Assembly (NCBI GenBank): GCA_035531295.1
Contig: DATKTE010000294.1
Coordinates: 1 to 35,072 of the forward strand
Length of the DNA: 35,072 nucleotides
Reading direction: 5' to 3'
From: Alphaproteobacteria bacterium
Lineage (GTDB): Bacteria > Pseudomonadota > Alphaproteobacteria > UBA9655
In this document: piece after piece, positions 1 to 8,202 of the stretch
How the letters are laid out: each line of letters opens with the position of its first letter
Position numbering within the stretch: position 1 is the first letter of the stretch
The notes under the pieces: generated by a model
The model's database searches: none
The model's input: the letters and a program-made list of their open reading frames with translations, nothing else
Told to the model about the DNA's origin: nothing
Position numbers and translations under genes: made by a program

Positions 1-1091
1 GTCATACCATAAGTCGTCTCCAGCGCACGATAAGATCTCTCTAATAGAAGAAAAGTAAAGGGGAGAATCAGCAGAATTTGCATCACACCTAAGAAAAATT
101 CTTGAGGCATAAAGGGCATTTTAAGAGAAAGAAAGAATAAAAGAACGCCTAGAAGAGTTGCGGGAAATAAGAAATAAAATGACGCAAAATATCTTAAACT
201 TCGCCATCCAATTAGCACGAGCCCTAGAGAAATGGCGGCGCTTAAGGATCCAAAGCAGAGAGCTAATACAAAGCTTTTCCATAGGGCTTGCCAGACGAGA
301 GGGTTTTGGAGCGTCAGGGGAAGTGCGGTTAAAGAAGGGCCTAAAATGACAACCAGGGGAAGACATATAAGGCCCAATCCTATCCATATAAAAAGCTTTT
401 GAGAGGAATCTTTAAGTTCGGGCAGATCAGGTTTTTTTAGGGAATCACCTTGGGGGAAAGCTTTAATTAAAATGGTAAAAGCTGCTAAACTTAAAGTGAG
501 GATGAGTTGAAGGCTCACAAACCAAGAGACTTGTTCAAAATCATAAAAAAAGAAAAGGGCGTGATAGAGACCAGCACTCAGTGTTGTTTTTTGCGGCCCC
601 CCTCCGAGCACCATAATCGCCGTAAAGCTATTCAAAGCAAAGCAAAAACAAACCCAGGTCACCTCTAGGAAGGATTTGCGAAGTTGGGGCCACTCTATAA
701 AATAAAAGGTGTGCTTTGAGGAAAAATGCAATTGACGGCCGAGCTTATAGTGTTCCTCAGGAATCAATCGCCAAGCATTGACCAAGAGAAGCGCTATCCA
801 GGGACTATAAAAAACCACATGGACCGTAACGATACCAGCAAGACTGTAGATATTAAAAATACTCCCCATCAGCGTTAGAAAGCCTAAAATTCCGACGAGG
901 GCCGGTGTAATTAAGGGAATGCCTAAAAGTTTCATGCAAAACCGTGCAGGCCACCAGTTCTGATTCCACACAATAGCGCGGGCTATCAAAACAGCTAGCG
1001 GAATCGTAAAAAGAGTTGAAAGGGTCGCTTGCTTCAGCGTAAACCAAAAAACATAAAGGATGTAATTCACTGAATGAGACCCTCCACCCAT
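1..1091 (-). CDS. thiP: Thiamine ABC transporter permease ThiP, partial (3' end runs off the window at position 1)
   Basis: Missing from the ORF track because it has no stop inside the window. Hand translation of the minus strand from 1091 is open to position 1: MGGGSHSVNYILYVFWFTLKQATLSTLFTIPLAVLIARAI...MVLGGGPQKTTLSAGLYHALFFFYDFEQ... It is multi-TM and matches the ThiP signature (E. coli LGGGPQATTIELAIYQAL, from memory). The start is ATG 1091 or GTG 1070 (GTGA overlap with the thiB stop). It lies directly downstream of thiB. Confidence 0.8.
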   Translation of the reverse strand, partial: MGGGSHSVNYILYVFWFTLKQATLSTLFTIPLAVLIARAIVWNQNWWPARFCMKLLGIPLITPALVGILGFLTLMGSIFNIYSLAGIVTVHVVFYSPWIALLLVNAWRLIPEEHYKLGRQLHFSSKHTFYFIEWPQLRKSFLEVTWVCFCFALNSFTAIMVLGGGPQKTTLSAGLYHALFFFYDFEQVSWFVSLQLILTLSLAAFTILIKAFPQGDSLKKPDLPELKDSSQKLFIWIGLGLICLPLVVILGPSLTALPLTLQNPLVWQALWKSFVLALCFGSLSAAISLGLVLIGWRSLRYFASFYFLFPATLLGVLLFFLSLKMPFMPQEFFLGVMQILLILPFTFLLLERSYRALETTYGM

Positions 1092-2158
1092 TCCTTAATC
1101 CAGGCTTTTTGCGATTCTTTGACATCAGCCGAAGTATAAGAAATCCAGAAAGGTTGTGGGAAAAAGTTGTCAGCCTTTATCCAGGTCTCAGGCATGTCTC
1201 CCTTTGGATAAATCCACGCATGCGTGGCTATAAGGCGTTGAGCCTGTGGAGACAGAAGGAAGCTTAAAAAGTGATCAACAAGCTCTGGATGTTGGGTTGT
1301 CTTTAATTTACCCGCATAAATATTTGAACAAAGGTGCCCTTCGGAAAAAGGGAGAGCTTTCAGATGGGGCATTTCTTTTTCGAGTTCATTAAAGAGGCCA
1401 TCTGTTGTGTAGCTCAAAACAATCGGGGCTATGTCTTGCTTAAAAAGGGCGTAAGCTTCCGTCCATCCTTTCGTGAAGGTTAAGACATGTGCGGCTAAGG
1501 TTTTCCATTTTTGGGATGCTTTGTCTCCATATGCTTTTTTCATCCATACCAGAAACCCTAACCCCGTGATACTACTTCTCGGGTCTTGGAGGATAATGGG
1601 ATAGGAAGAGTTGATAAGTTCATCAAGTGTTTTTGGCGGGCAAGGAATTTTCTGGGAATTATAGACAAAAGCCAAACAATGGGATGCATAAGGAACAAGC
1701 TTATTAACATGTGTTGCATCAAGCCCAATGTCCTCAAGGCCCAGGACTACATCTGCTTTTGTTCTTTCTCCTTCAAAGTTCAGACGATTTATAACCAGAG
1801 GAATGGTATCCAGGACAACATATTGAATCTCACAATCACAGGTTTTTTCAAAAGCTTCCTTTAAATGAGCTCCAGGTCCATAGGAGGAAGACATAAAAGC
1901 TGAGTGCGTATAAACGGTGAGGATTTCTTTGGCATAAAGAGAAGAGGTGCTGATGAGAAACAGAAGGTTAAAGATAATAGATTGCTTTTGCCGTGGCGTA
2001 GGCTGGGTTGTCGATAGGCTCCTCCTGATGAATAACCCTGGATTGCTTTGTCGCTTAAGCTCCTCGCGATGACGAGCCTCCCTCTCCGTCATTGCGAGCC
2101 CATGAAGAGGGCGAAGCAATCCAGAAAAAATAAATTTTAAATTGTAAGGAATAAACAT
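1067..2158 (-). CDS. thiB: Thiamine/TPP ABC transporter periplasmic binding protein ThiB, with an unusual ~57-codon N-terminal extension containing a repeat element
   Basis: From KEILTVYTHSAFMSSSYGPGAHLKEAFEKTCDCEI...ADVVLGLED the protein is collinear with E. coli TbpA/ThiB ([34 protein letters not shown]...ADVVLGLDN). A signal-peptide-like KQSIIFNLLFLISTSSLYA precedes this. ATG 2158 is 7 nt after a GGAGGA that forms the 3' end of a TPP riboswitch. Confidence 0.9.
   Translation of the reverse strand: MFIPYNLKFIFSGLLRPLHGLAMTEREARHREELKRQSNPGLFIRRSLSTTQPTPRQKQSIIFNLLFLISTSSLYAKEILTVYTHSAFMSSSYGPGAHLKEAFEKTCDCEIQYVVLDTIPLVINRLNFEGERTKADVVLGLEDIGLDATHVNKLVPYASHCLAFVYNSQKIPCPPKTLDELINSSYPIILQDPRSSITGLGFLVWMKKAYGDKASQKWKTLAAHVLTFTKGWTEAYALFKQDIAPIVLSYTTDGLFNELEKEMPHLKALPFSEGHLCSNIYAGKLKTTQHPELVDHFLSFLLSPQAQRLIATHAWIYPKGDMPETWIKADNFFPQPFWISYTSADVKESQKAWIKEWVEGLIQ
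2038..2124. repeat. Palindromic MITE/RPE-like element, family A, copy 1 (inside the thiB 5' coding region)
   Basis: Termini are CTGGATTGCTTTGTCGC...GCGAAGCAATCCAG. An inner inverted repeat is CTCGCGATGACGAG / TCCGTCATTGCGAG. Length is 87 bp. The same termini and inner hairpin recur at 21314-21430 and 27562-27657. Confidence 0.8.
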
Positions 2159-2240
2159 CTCATTTCCTCCGCCGGTATGAGCCGGATCAGGTTCACGGGT
2201 TTGATCTCAGCTCTTCCCTTAAGAGCACCCCGATGAGTGA
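2159..2240 (-). promoter_or_regulatory. TPP (THI-element) riboswitch controlling thiBP
   Basis: The minus strand reads CUCAUCGGGGUGCUCUUAAGGGAAGAGCUGAGAUCAAACCCGUGAACCUGAUCCGGCUCAUACCGGCGGAGGAAAUGAG followed by AUG. It contains the conserved GGGGUGC, CUGAGA, ACCC and GAACCUGAUCCGG..ACCGGCG blocks. P1 is CUCAU/AUGAG. The SD GGAGGA and the start codon abut the P1 3' strand. Confidence 0.85.
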
Positions 2241-2244
2241 GTTC

Positions 2245-2273
2245 ATTTTACGGTAGCTGTGGTTGAAGTTCAA
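2245..2273 (-). promoter_or_regulatory. Sigma70-type promoter for the riboswitch-thiBP transcript
   Basis: The minus strand reads TTGAAC (2273-2268), a 17-nt spacer, then TAAAAT (2250-2245). This ends about 7 nt before the first P1 nucleotide of the riboswitch. Confidence 0.55.
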
Positions 2274-2306
2274 GAGCAAACGAAAAAAGGTAATTACGTA
2301 TGTTTA

Positions 2307-2345
2307 TTCCCCTCACCTGCCGCGTAGCGGGGTGAGGGGAATTTT
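2307..2345 (-). terminator. Strong GC-rich hairpin between the OmpA-like gene and the thiB promoter (likely terminator/insulator)
   Basis: TTCCCCTCACC (2307-2317) pairs with GGTGAGGGGAA (2331-2341), with an inner CCGC-GTA-GCGG extension. A T4 run follows on the plus strand, but only AUAAACA follows on the minus strand. Orientation and efficiency are therefore uncertain. Confidence 0.45.
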
Positions 2346-2374
2346 AGCCATCTACTTTGCTGAACTCAGCTTAT

Positions 2375-3214
2375 TTAATACTCTAAAAATAAGATATCCA
2401 CACGACGATTATGACCTTCTACCTTTGGGCCCGGGGCTTCCCCAGCAGCCTTGGTAGAAATGTGGTGAGGAGAAACTCCTCTGCGGACAAGTTCTTTTTT
2501 TACCATCTGTGCGCGTTTCTCGGAAAGTTCCATATTATTTTCAGCATCACCGATTTTGTCTGTACGGCCGATAAGAAGGATGTGACCTGGATATCCTGCT
2601 GGAGAATCTTTGACAGAAGCTACTCTATCAATAACGCCTGCAGCTTCGGCATTAATATGTGTGCTTCCAAAATCGAAAAACACCATGTTTGCAGGCATTG
2701 TTTCAAGGACGCCACCTCTGAGCATGAGTTCAACTTCGGCCATCGCATGGTAAAATTCAGCCCTGCAATTGGCGATATCTTCTTTTTGCCATCCTTCAGC
2801 TTGCTGCTCTACCCAACAGTCAAAATGAGCTTGAGCATGAGCCGACATCTTTGGTGCGATTTGCCATGCTCCGGATTCTAAAGCACGCATTAATCGCTCT
2901 CGTGCTATAGCAAGCTCTGGAATCTTGTCGCTCTCAATATCCCATTTGCAAAGTGGGGTGGGTATTACGATACGACCTTGCTTAGCGAGGATTGCTTTAC
3001 AAAAGTACCAATTGGCGGACCAATCATCATACATGATAGCTTGCTCAGTATTTCCAAGGGTTTCATATTCTTCAGCGAGTGTTCTTGTGAATTCTGGGCC
3101 CATTGGCATTGTGTCTTTTAGAAGCAAGCGGTGGTATTCTGTACAACCTGTCGCTACAAACAATGCCATAAGAGCACTTAATTTAACACTTTTAGCTAAA
3201 AATCTATTTTTCAT
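2375..3214 (-). CDS. OmpA/MotB-domain lipoprotein (peptidoglycan-associated)
   Basis: The C-terminus ILLIGRTDKIGDAENNMELSEKRAQMVKKELVRRGV...NRRVDILF is an OmpA-like peptidoglycan-binding domain. The N-terminus MKNRFLAKSVKLSALMALFVATGC has a lipobox. I moved the start to ATG 3214, which follows AGGGAG at good spacing, instead of the track start 3256. Confidence 0.8.
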   Translation of the reverse strand: MKNRFLAKSVKLSALMALFVATGCTEYHRLLLKDTMPMGPEFTRTLAEEYETLGNTEQAIMYDDWSANWYFCKAILAKQGRIVIPTPLCKWDIESDKIPELAIARERLMRALESGAWQIAPKMSAHAQAHFDCWVEQQAEGWQKEDIANCRAEFYHAMAEVELMLRGGVLETMPANMVFFDFGSTHINAEAAGVIDRVASVKDSPAGYPGHILLIGRTDKIGDAENNMELSEKRAQMVKKELVRRGVSPHHISTKAAGEAPGPKVEGHNRRVDILFLEY

Positions 3215-3499
3215 ATTTGACTCCCTTTCTATTAACGCAAGTAACATAAACTTCATATATGTCCTACCCTAAGCGGCCTAACTATCTGAAAATTCCCCTT
3301 GGGTCTTTTAAATTTGATTAAGGTAAAACAAAAACCTTATAACTTCTTAAAATTTTTATCATTTAATGAAAAAATTCACACAAAAATGTTCCGGGGGCCT
3401 TAAAAATTGAGAGGAGTGAGGCAATTTTAACACTCTTTAACGTAATTTTAAGACGCTCAAATATAGAGTTAAGGAGTCAATATCAGGGATATCCTATCG

Positions 3500-5626
3500 A
3501 TGAATATGAAGCCTCTAGACCTCTTGTTTGCTCCACGATCTATAGCTTTGATTGGGGCCAGCCCAAAAGACGGATCTCTTGGAAAAGCCTTGATGAAAAA
3601 TATTATCGATGGAGGATATGAAGGGACAATTTTTTCTGTGAATCCAAAATATGCAGAACTATTAGGCCCACCCTATCATCCAACAATCAAAACACTTCCT
3701 TCCGTGCCGGATTTAGCTATTCTTTGTACGCCTGCAACGCTTGTTCCCGCACTCATTGCAGATATTGGGAAAAAAGGAACAAAGGTTGCTGTGGTCATTT
3801 CCGCAGGTTTTGGAGAGGGAGGGGAAGAAGGGATACACCTTCAAGATGCGATGCTAGAAGCCGCTAAAATTCATGGTGTTCGTATCATTGGACCCAACTG
3901 TTTAGGGATTATTAATACGCATGTAAAATTAAATGCCACTTTCTCAACCCTTTCTCCAAAAAAAGGAAGTGTCGCTTTTATTACTCAGTCTGGGGCTCTT
4001 CTTGTTTCAATGATGGAATGGGCACACACACAGGAGATGGGCTTTTCGAAGTTGGTGTCGGTTGGAGGGATGAGTGATCTTCACTTCGCAGACTTTCTGA
4101 AGTATCTTGAAGACGATCCAGAGACAAACGCTATTATTCTTTATATAGAAGCCATTACGGATGCGGCGCGCTTCTTATCCATAGCAAAAGAAACGGTTGT
4201 AAAAAAGCCGGTTGCAGTTATGAAGTCTGGACGATTCAAAGGAGCAGCGAAAGCTGTTCGTTCCCATTCGGGGGCTCTTGCGGGAAGTGATGCCGTTTAT
4301 GAAGCGGCTTTTCGGCAAGCTGGTTTATGTAGGCTTTATGAACTTCAAGATGTGTATGATTTGTTCTTAACCATGAGTCACCTCCAGAAACTTAAAGGAG
4401 ACAAACTTGCCATTTTAACAAATGGAGGTGGTCTTGGGATCCTTGCAACAGATGCCTTGATAGCCACAGGGAGAGAGCTCTCTTCCCTTTCCTCGTCCAC
4501 GATTAACAAGTTAAACATTGTACTTCCTCCCACTTGGTCCCAGGGAAATCCTGTTGATATTATTGGAGATGCCCCCCCGGAAAGATACGCCTCGGCCCTA
4601 AAGATTTTGATGGACGATCCCTCACTGCACGCGATTCTCTTGATACATTGTCCAACGAGCTTATCTCCGGCTGAACAAGTTTTTGAAATCCTGAATGAAA
4701 CCATTCATACGTGGAAAAGGCCACGGCCAGACATTTTTATGGTTTCTCTTCAACAAAACGTTAAGAAGAAAATACTTACCCAATTTGTCCAAAACAAAAT
4801 TCCCATTTACCCCACTCCAGAAAGAGCCGTAGGGGCTTTTAGCAATATCTTAAGGTGTGAAAGTGAAGCGCGTTTCATTGATAAAAGTCCCCTAAAACCG
4901 ATTAAAGTTGAAGCAAAAGTCACAAAAATTCTTAAACAACTCGTCAAGAAACAAGATCAAGAATGGCTAGATCACCATGTCAATCAAGAGATTCTTTCAT
5001 CTTACGATATTCCTGTTATCCGGACTGAGTTTGCCTCTTCTCCCTCTGAAGCTAAATTGGTTTCTCAAAAGATGATGTTCCCAGTTGTTTTAAAAATTGC
5101 TTCTGAAGATATTATTCACAAAAGTGATATCGGCGGGGTTATTCTTAACTTAACCAATTCGGAAGAAGTTGAAAAAGCGGCAAAAAAAATGCTCTCCGTT
5201 ATTGCAATCCATAACCCGAAAGCTAGAATTGATGGCTTTATTATGCAGCCCATGATCCCTCTCGATCATGGATTTGAACTGTTTTTGGGGGGTGTACAAG
5301 ATAAAACTTTTGGCCCGGTCGTCATTTTTGGCGCTGGGGGAAAAGCTGTTGAAGTGATTAACGATAAGGCTTTGGCCCTTGCTCCTCTCAGCCACAAATC
5401 AGCCATGGATCTCATTGAAAAAACAAAAATCTATAATCAATTAAAAGGGTATCGTGATCAACCGCCTATTCCTTTAGATCAACTCATTGAGTGTTTGATT
5501 AAGATTTCATACGTGCTTGTCAATCATTCCGAAATTGCGGAATTAGACATCAACCCTCTTCTTACAGATTCAAAAAGAATTCTTGTTCTTGATTCCCGTA
5601 TGCGGCTTACATTACCGTCTACATGA
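3500..5626 (+). CDS. Acetate--CoA ligase family protein, ADP-forming (fused CoA-binding / succinyl-CoA-synthetase-like / ATP-grasp)
   Basis: 708 aa. N-terminal PRSIALIGASPKDGSLG is a CoA-binding Rossmann motif. GPNCLGIIN and SQSGAL are ligase-CoA motifs. The C-terminal ATP-grasp includes FPVVLKIASEDIIHKSDIGGV. There is no C-terminal GNAT, so it is not a Pat/YfiQ-type acetyltransferase. Confidence 0.8.
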   Translation: MNMKPLDLLFAPRSIALIGASPKDGSLGKALMKNIIDGGYEGTIFSVNPKYAELLGPPYHPTIKTLPSVPDLAILCTPATLVPALIADIGKKGTKVAVVISAGFGEGGEEGIHLQDAMLEAAKIHGVRIIGPNCLGIINTHVKLNATFSTLSPKKGSVAFITQSGALLVSMMEWAHTQEMGFSKLVSVGGMSDLHFADFLKYLEDDPETNAIILYIEAITDAARFLSIAKETVVKKPVAVMKSGRFKGAAKAVRSHSGALAGSDAVYEAAFRQAGLCRLYELQDVYDLFLTMSHLQKLKGDKLAILTNGGGLGILATDALIATGRELSSLSSSTINKLNIVLPPTWSQGNPVDIIGDAPPERYASALKILMDDPSLHAILLIHCPTSLSPAEQVFEILNETIHTWKRPRPDIFMVSLQQNVKKKILTQFVQNKIPIYPTPERAVGAFSNILRCESEARFIDKSPLKPIKVEAKVTKILKQLVKKQDQEWLDHHVNQEILSSYDIPVIRTEFASSPSEAKLVSQKMMFPVVLKIASEDIIHKSDIGGVILNLTNSEEVEKAAKKMLSVIAIHNPKARIDGFIMQPMIPLDHGFELFLGGVQDKTFGPVVIFGAGGKAVEVINDKALALAPLSHKSAMDLIEKTKIYNQLKGYRDQPPIPLDQLIECLIKISYVLVNHSEIAELDINPLLTDSKRILVLDSRMRLTLPST

Positions 5627-5658
5627 GAAAATAAATATATAAATATTGATTATATATC

Positions 5659-5689
5659 CAGCACAATCATGTGCTGTGTTTATTTTTTT
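5659..5689 (+). terminator. Rho-independent terminator of the acetate-CoA ligase gene
   Basis: CAGCAC-AATCAT-GTGCTG hairpin followed by TGTTTATTTTTTT. Confidence 0.65.
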
Positions 5690-5925
5690 AAATATTAACT
5701 TTTTACTTTAACTCCTTCTTTGATGGAACAAGGGAGAGATGACCCTGTATTCGTTTAAAAATAAATGACATTGAAAGAAATGTGTAACCGTATAATAAAG
5801 GAGAAGTGGAAGATTCAAAACGACGATGAGATCGTAGTTTTCAACAGGGATTTTAATAAAAAAATCTGTAAAATTAATATTTTTAGAATCATTCCATAAT
5901 AAAATTGATAAAAAAGGATTTTTAC

Positions 5926-6423
5926 ATGAATATAAGCAAATTTGTTTTTTATACTTTAACAACAAGCGCTCTTTTTCTTTCAACTCCATTGCCATTGAAA
6001 GCAGAAATAACTGTAACAAATAGCACTTCCGATGAAATCGAGGTGACCTTTCGAATTTCAGCAAAACCCGGAATTAGGTCAGATATGCCAAATGACATAA
6101 GCTTTGATCCTTATAGTGGGGCAAGGATTCACACAGAGTTAACTCGCAATATCTCACCGGGAGCTGAATGGAATATTGGAAAAGAAGCCGTAATACCTGA
6201 GGGTGAGGATTTACAAGGTTACTCATCTTATTTTGTTGCTTTTGAAACTGTGATGATTAAAGAATTTAAAGAAGGGAAAGCGGGCTTTGGCCAACCAGCG
6301 CGTTTGAATCACAAACATCACTTTAATTTGGGTGAAGAAAAAGGGAAAAGCCAATTAGCTAAAAATTTTACGATTACAAAAAACCCCTATGGCACCCGTT
6401 TTAACTTCCTTTCGAATAACTAA
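5926..6423 (+). CDS. Hypothetical secreted protein (orphan)
   Basis: MNISKFVFYTLTTSALFLSTPLPLKA is a signal peptide. I recognise no family. ATG 5926 is preferred over the TTG at 5905. Confidence 0.6.
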   Translation: MNISKFVFYTLTTSALFLSTPLPLKAEITVTNSTSDEIEVTFRISAKPGIRSDMPNDISFDPYSGARIHTELTRNISPGAEWNIGKEAVIPEGEDLQGYSSYFVAFETVMIKEFKEGKAGFGQPARLNHKHHFNLGEEKGKSQLAKNFTITKNPYGTRFNFLSNN

Positions 6424-6442
6424 AAGGGACAGAGAGAACAAG

Positions 6443-6476
6443 CCCAGGTGCATCACTCAAGAATAACGCACCTGGG
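6443..6476. terminator. Hairpin between convergent genes (possible bidirectional terminator)
   Basis: CCCAGGTGC (6443-6451) pairs with GCACCTGGG (6468-6476) around a 16-nt loop. Pyrimidine/T-rich tails follow on both strands. Confidence 0.4.
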
Positions 6477-6503
6477 GTTCTTCAGCTTATTTTTCCTAAC
6501 TGG

Positions 6504-7244
6504 TTAAACCCTCACCAATTCATAAAGGGCAAGGGCTGCTGCAACTGATACGTTTAATGTTGGGAAAGCAGGGTCTGTGGGGAGCTTGGTTAAAAAGTCA
6601 CATTTTTCTTGAGTCAGGCGACGAAGCCCTTCCCCTTCCGCCCCCATAATAAGAGCCACCTTTTCGGGTAAATCTGATTTAGAAAGCATTTTAGGTGCAT
6701 TCTCATCAAGGCCTACGGTCCAGAATCCTTCTTTCTTAAGGTCATCCAAGGTACGCGCAAGATTGGTCACTTGCCAAAGAGGCAAGCTATCAAGGGCACC
6801 GGAGGCAGCTTTCGCCAAAACCCCACTTAAAGGAGGCGCATTCCGATCTGTCATGACAACGCCCAATGCTCCCAAAGCTCTGGCCGTTCTTAAGATCGCT
6901 CCCACATTATGAGGGTCTGTGACTTGATCCAACACCACAAGAACCCCCGCGCTGGTATTGCGTAACTCATGTAGTGGGCTTTCTGGCAAGGGAGCGACCT
7001 CCATCGCAATTCCCTGATGTACAGACCCTTCCGGCAATAGGCGGGAAAGTGAAGAAGCATCAAGAATTTCTACTTTATAGGCATGATTTTCTTTAGAAAG
7101 CCCAAGTTCTTTTATCATTGATTCTGTAATCAAAAGACGAAAGCAGCGTCTTTTCGGATTTTCAAGGGCAGCTTTGCACGCATGGATCCCCCAAAGCCAC
7201 AGACGGGAAGGATCTTGGGGGGGACGAGGGGGCCGTTTTGTCAT
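6504..7244 (-). CDS. rlmB: 23S rRNA (guanosine-2'-O)-methyltransferase RlmB (SpoU/TrmH family)
   Basis: LWGIHACKAALENPKRR is the substrate-binding N-domain. SpoU motifs are LDQVTDPHNVGAILRTARALGALGVV, MGAEGEGLR and LNVSVAAALALYE. Confidence 0.85.
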   Translation of the reverse strand: MTKRPPRPPQDPSRLWLWGIHACKAALENPKRRCFRLLITESMIKELGLSKENHAYKVEILDASSLSRLLPEGSVHQGIAMEVAPLPESPLHELRNTSAGVLVVLDQVTDPHNVGAILRTARALGALGVVMTDRNAPPLSGVLAKAASGALDSLPLWQVTNLARTLDDLKKEGFWTVGLDENAPKMLSKSDLPEKVALIMGAEGEGLRRLTQEKCDFLTKLPTDPAFPTLNVSVAAALALYELVRV

Positions 7245-7473
7245 GAGACTCTTTCACTTCAAATAGGGTTTCGATTTCTAAAGCAACTCTGAGAAGAAGA
7301 GCAGCTCGTGTGGATATAAGTGGTCGTTTTATCGCCAGATCTATAAGTGGCGCTCTAACCATATTTTTCATATTTTCCAGCATACCCATTGCTGAAAAGA
7401 TCTCAAGCTTGAATTCATGATGATTTGAAAATTTGTTCACGGAGCCTCATCTGAAAGAAGAGGAGGTGAGGCC

Positions 7474-8202
7474 TTAGATTTTTTGCGACGTCATTTCTCT
7501 TTTTAAAAATTTTGTAGCTTCTTCTGCGGATAAAGGATGGCTAAAATAATAACCCTGAATTTCATCGGCATCATGTTTTGCTAAAAATGCCAGCTGTTCT
7601 TGCGTTTCGACTCCTTCTGCGATGACTTTAAAACCCAAGCTATGAGCCATTGCAATGATTGCAACAACAATCGCTGAATCATCTTCATTCGTTACGATAT
7701 CACGGACAAATGATTGATCGATTTTTAGATAATCTATTGGAAAACGCTTTAAATAGCTTAGAGACGAATACCCTGTTCCGAAATCATCTATTGCAATTTT
7801 AAGACCCATTTTTTTCAGATCTCTCAAAATTTGAATATTATTTTCAACATTTTTCATCAAAATACTTTCCGTCAATTCAACTTCAAGGCAATCAGGGTTT
7901 AAATTGCTTAGTTTCAAAGTTTGCTCTACGGCTTCCAAAAGTTGCATATTTAAATTATTGATGGAAAGATTGATAGCGACGGAAATTTTAGGGAGACCTT
8001 CTTCTTGCCATGTCTTATTTTGCATACTCGCTGTATGTAAAACCCACTGCGTCATGGGTATAATAAGATCACTTTCTTCGGCTGCATAAATAAACTCAGC
8101 TGGTAAGATAAGCCTATCAGATTTTTGCCATCTTATAAGGGCTTCCATTCCAATGGTTTTATTCGTTTTCAAGTCGATTTTTGGTTGATAGTAAAGAAAG
8201 AA
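7474..8202 (-). pseudogene. EAL (c-di-GMP phosphodiesterase) domain, same frame as and contiguous with the upstream GGDEF ORF, cut off only by TAA 8203-8205
   Basis: The minus strand reads ...[37 protein letters not shown]... Catalytic signatures look intact: EAL, NLS(I)N, ELTES, DDFGTGYSSLSYL, KIDQSF, EGVETQEQ, QGYYFSHP. The track ORF start (8172) is a TTG inside the first beta-strand region. Confidence 0.75.

Noticed and set aside
121-1125. Track ORFs 121-387(-), 158-349(+) and 853-1125(-).
   Set aside because: All lie inside, and out of frame with, the open thiP reading frame (1-1091, minus). That frame has clear ABC-permease homology. The three ORFs have odd, low-complexity composition.
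2016-2030. Perfect AGGAGG (minus strand 2026-2021) inside thiB as an alternative ribosome-binding site that would give a normal-length signal peptide.
   Set aside because: There is no ATG, GTG or TTG in frame within usable distance downstream. The next in-frame candidates are only ATT/ATC, about 45 nt away. I kept ATG 2158 and flagged the question in the findings.
7207-7230. C7/G7 homopolymer in the 5' coding region of rlmB (and G7 at about 19057 in the transporter gene) as possible phase-variation tracts.
   Set aside because: Tracts of 7 are short, they encode Pro/Gly runs in frame, and nothing suggests contingency-locus behaviour in these housekeeping genes.
7162-7440. 92-aa GTG-start ORF between the EAL domain and rlmB, overlapping rlmB by 83 nt.
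   Set aside because: It has no recognisable family, its last third is the alternate frame of the rlmB start, and its only SD is a weak GAGG. It could be a real small protein of about 65 aa, but I cannot support that from sequence alone.
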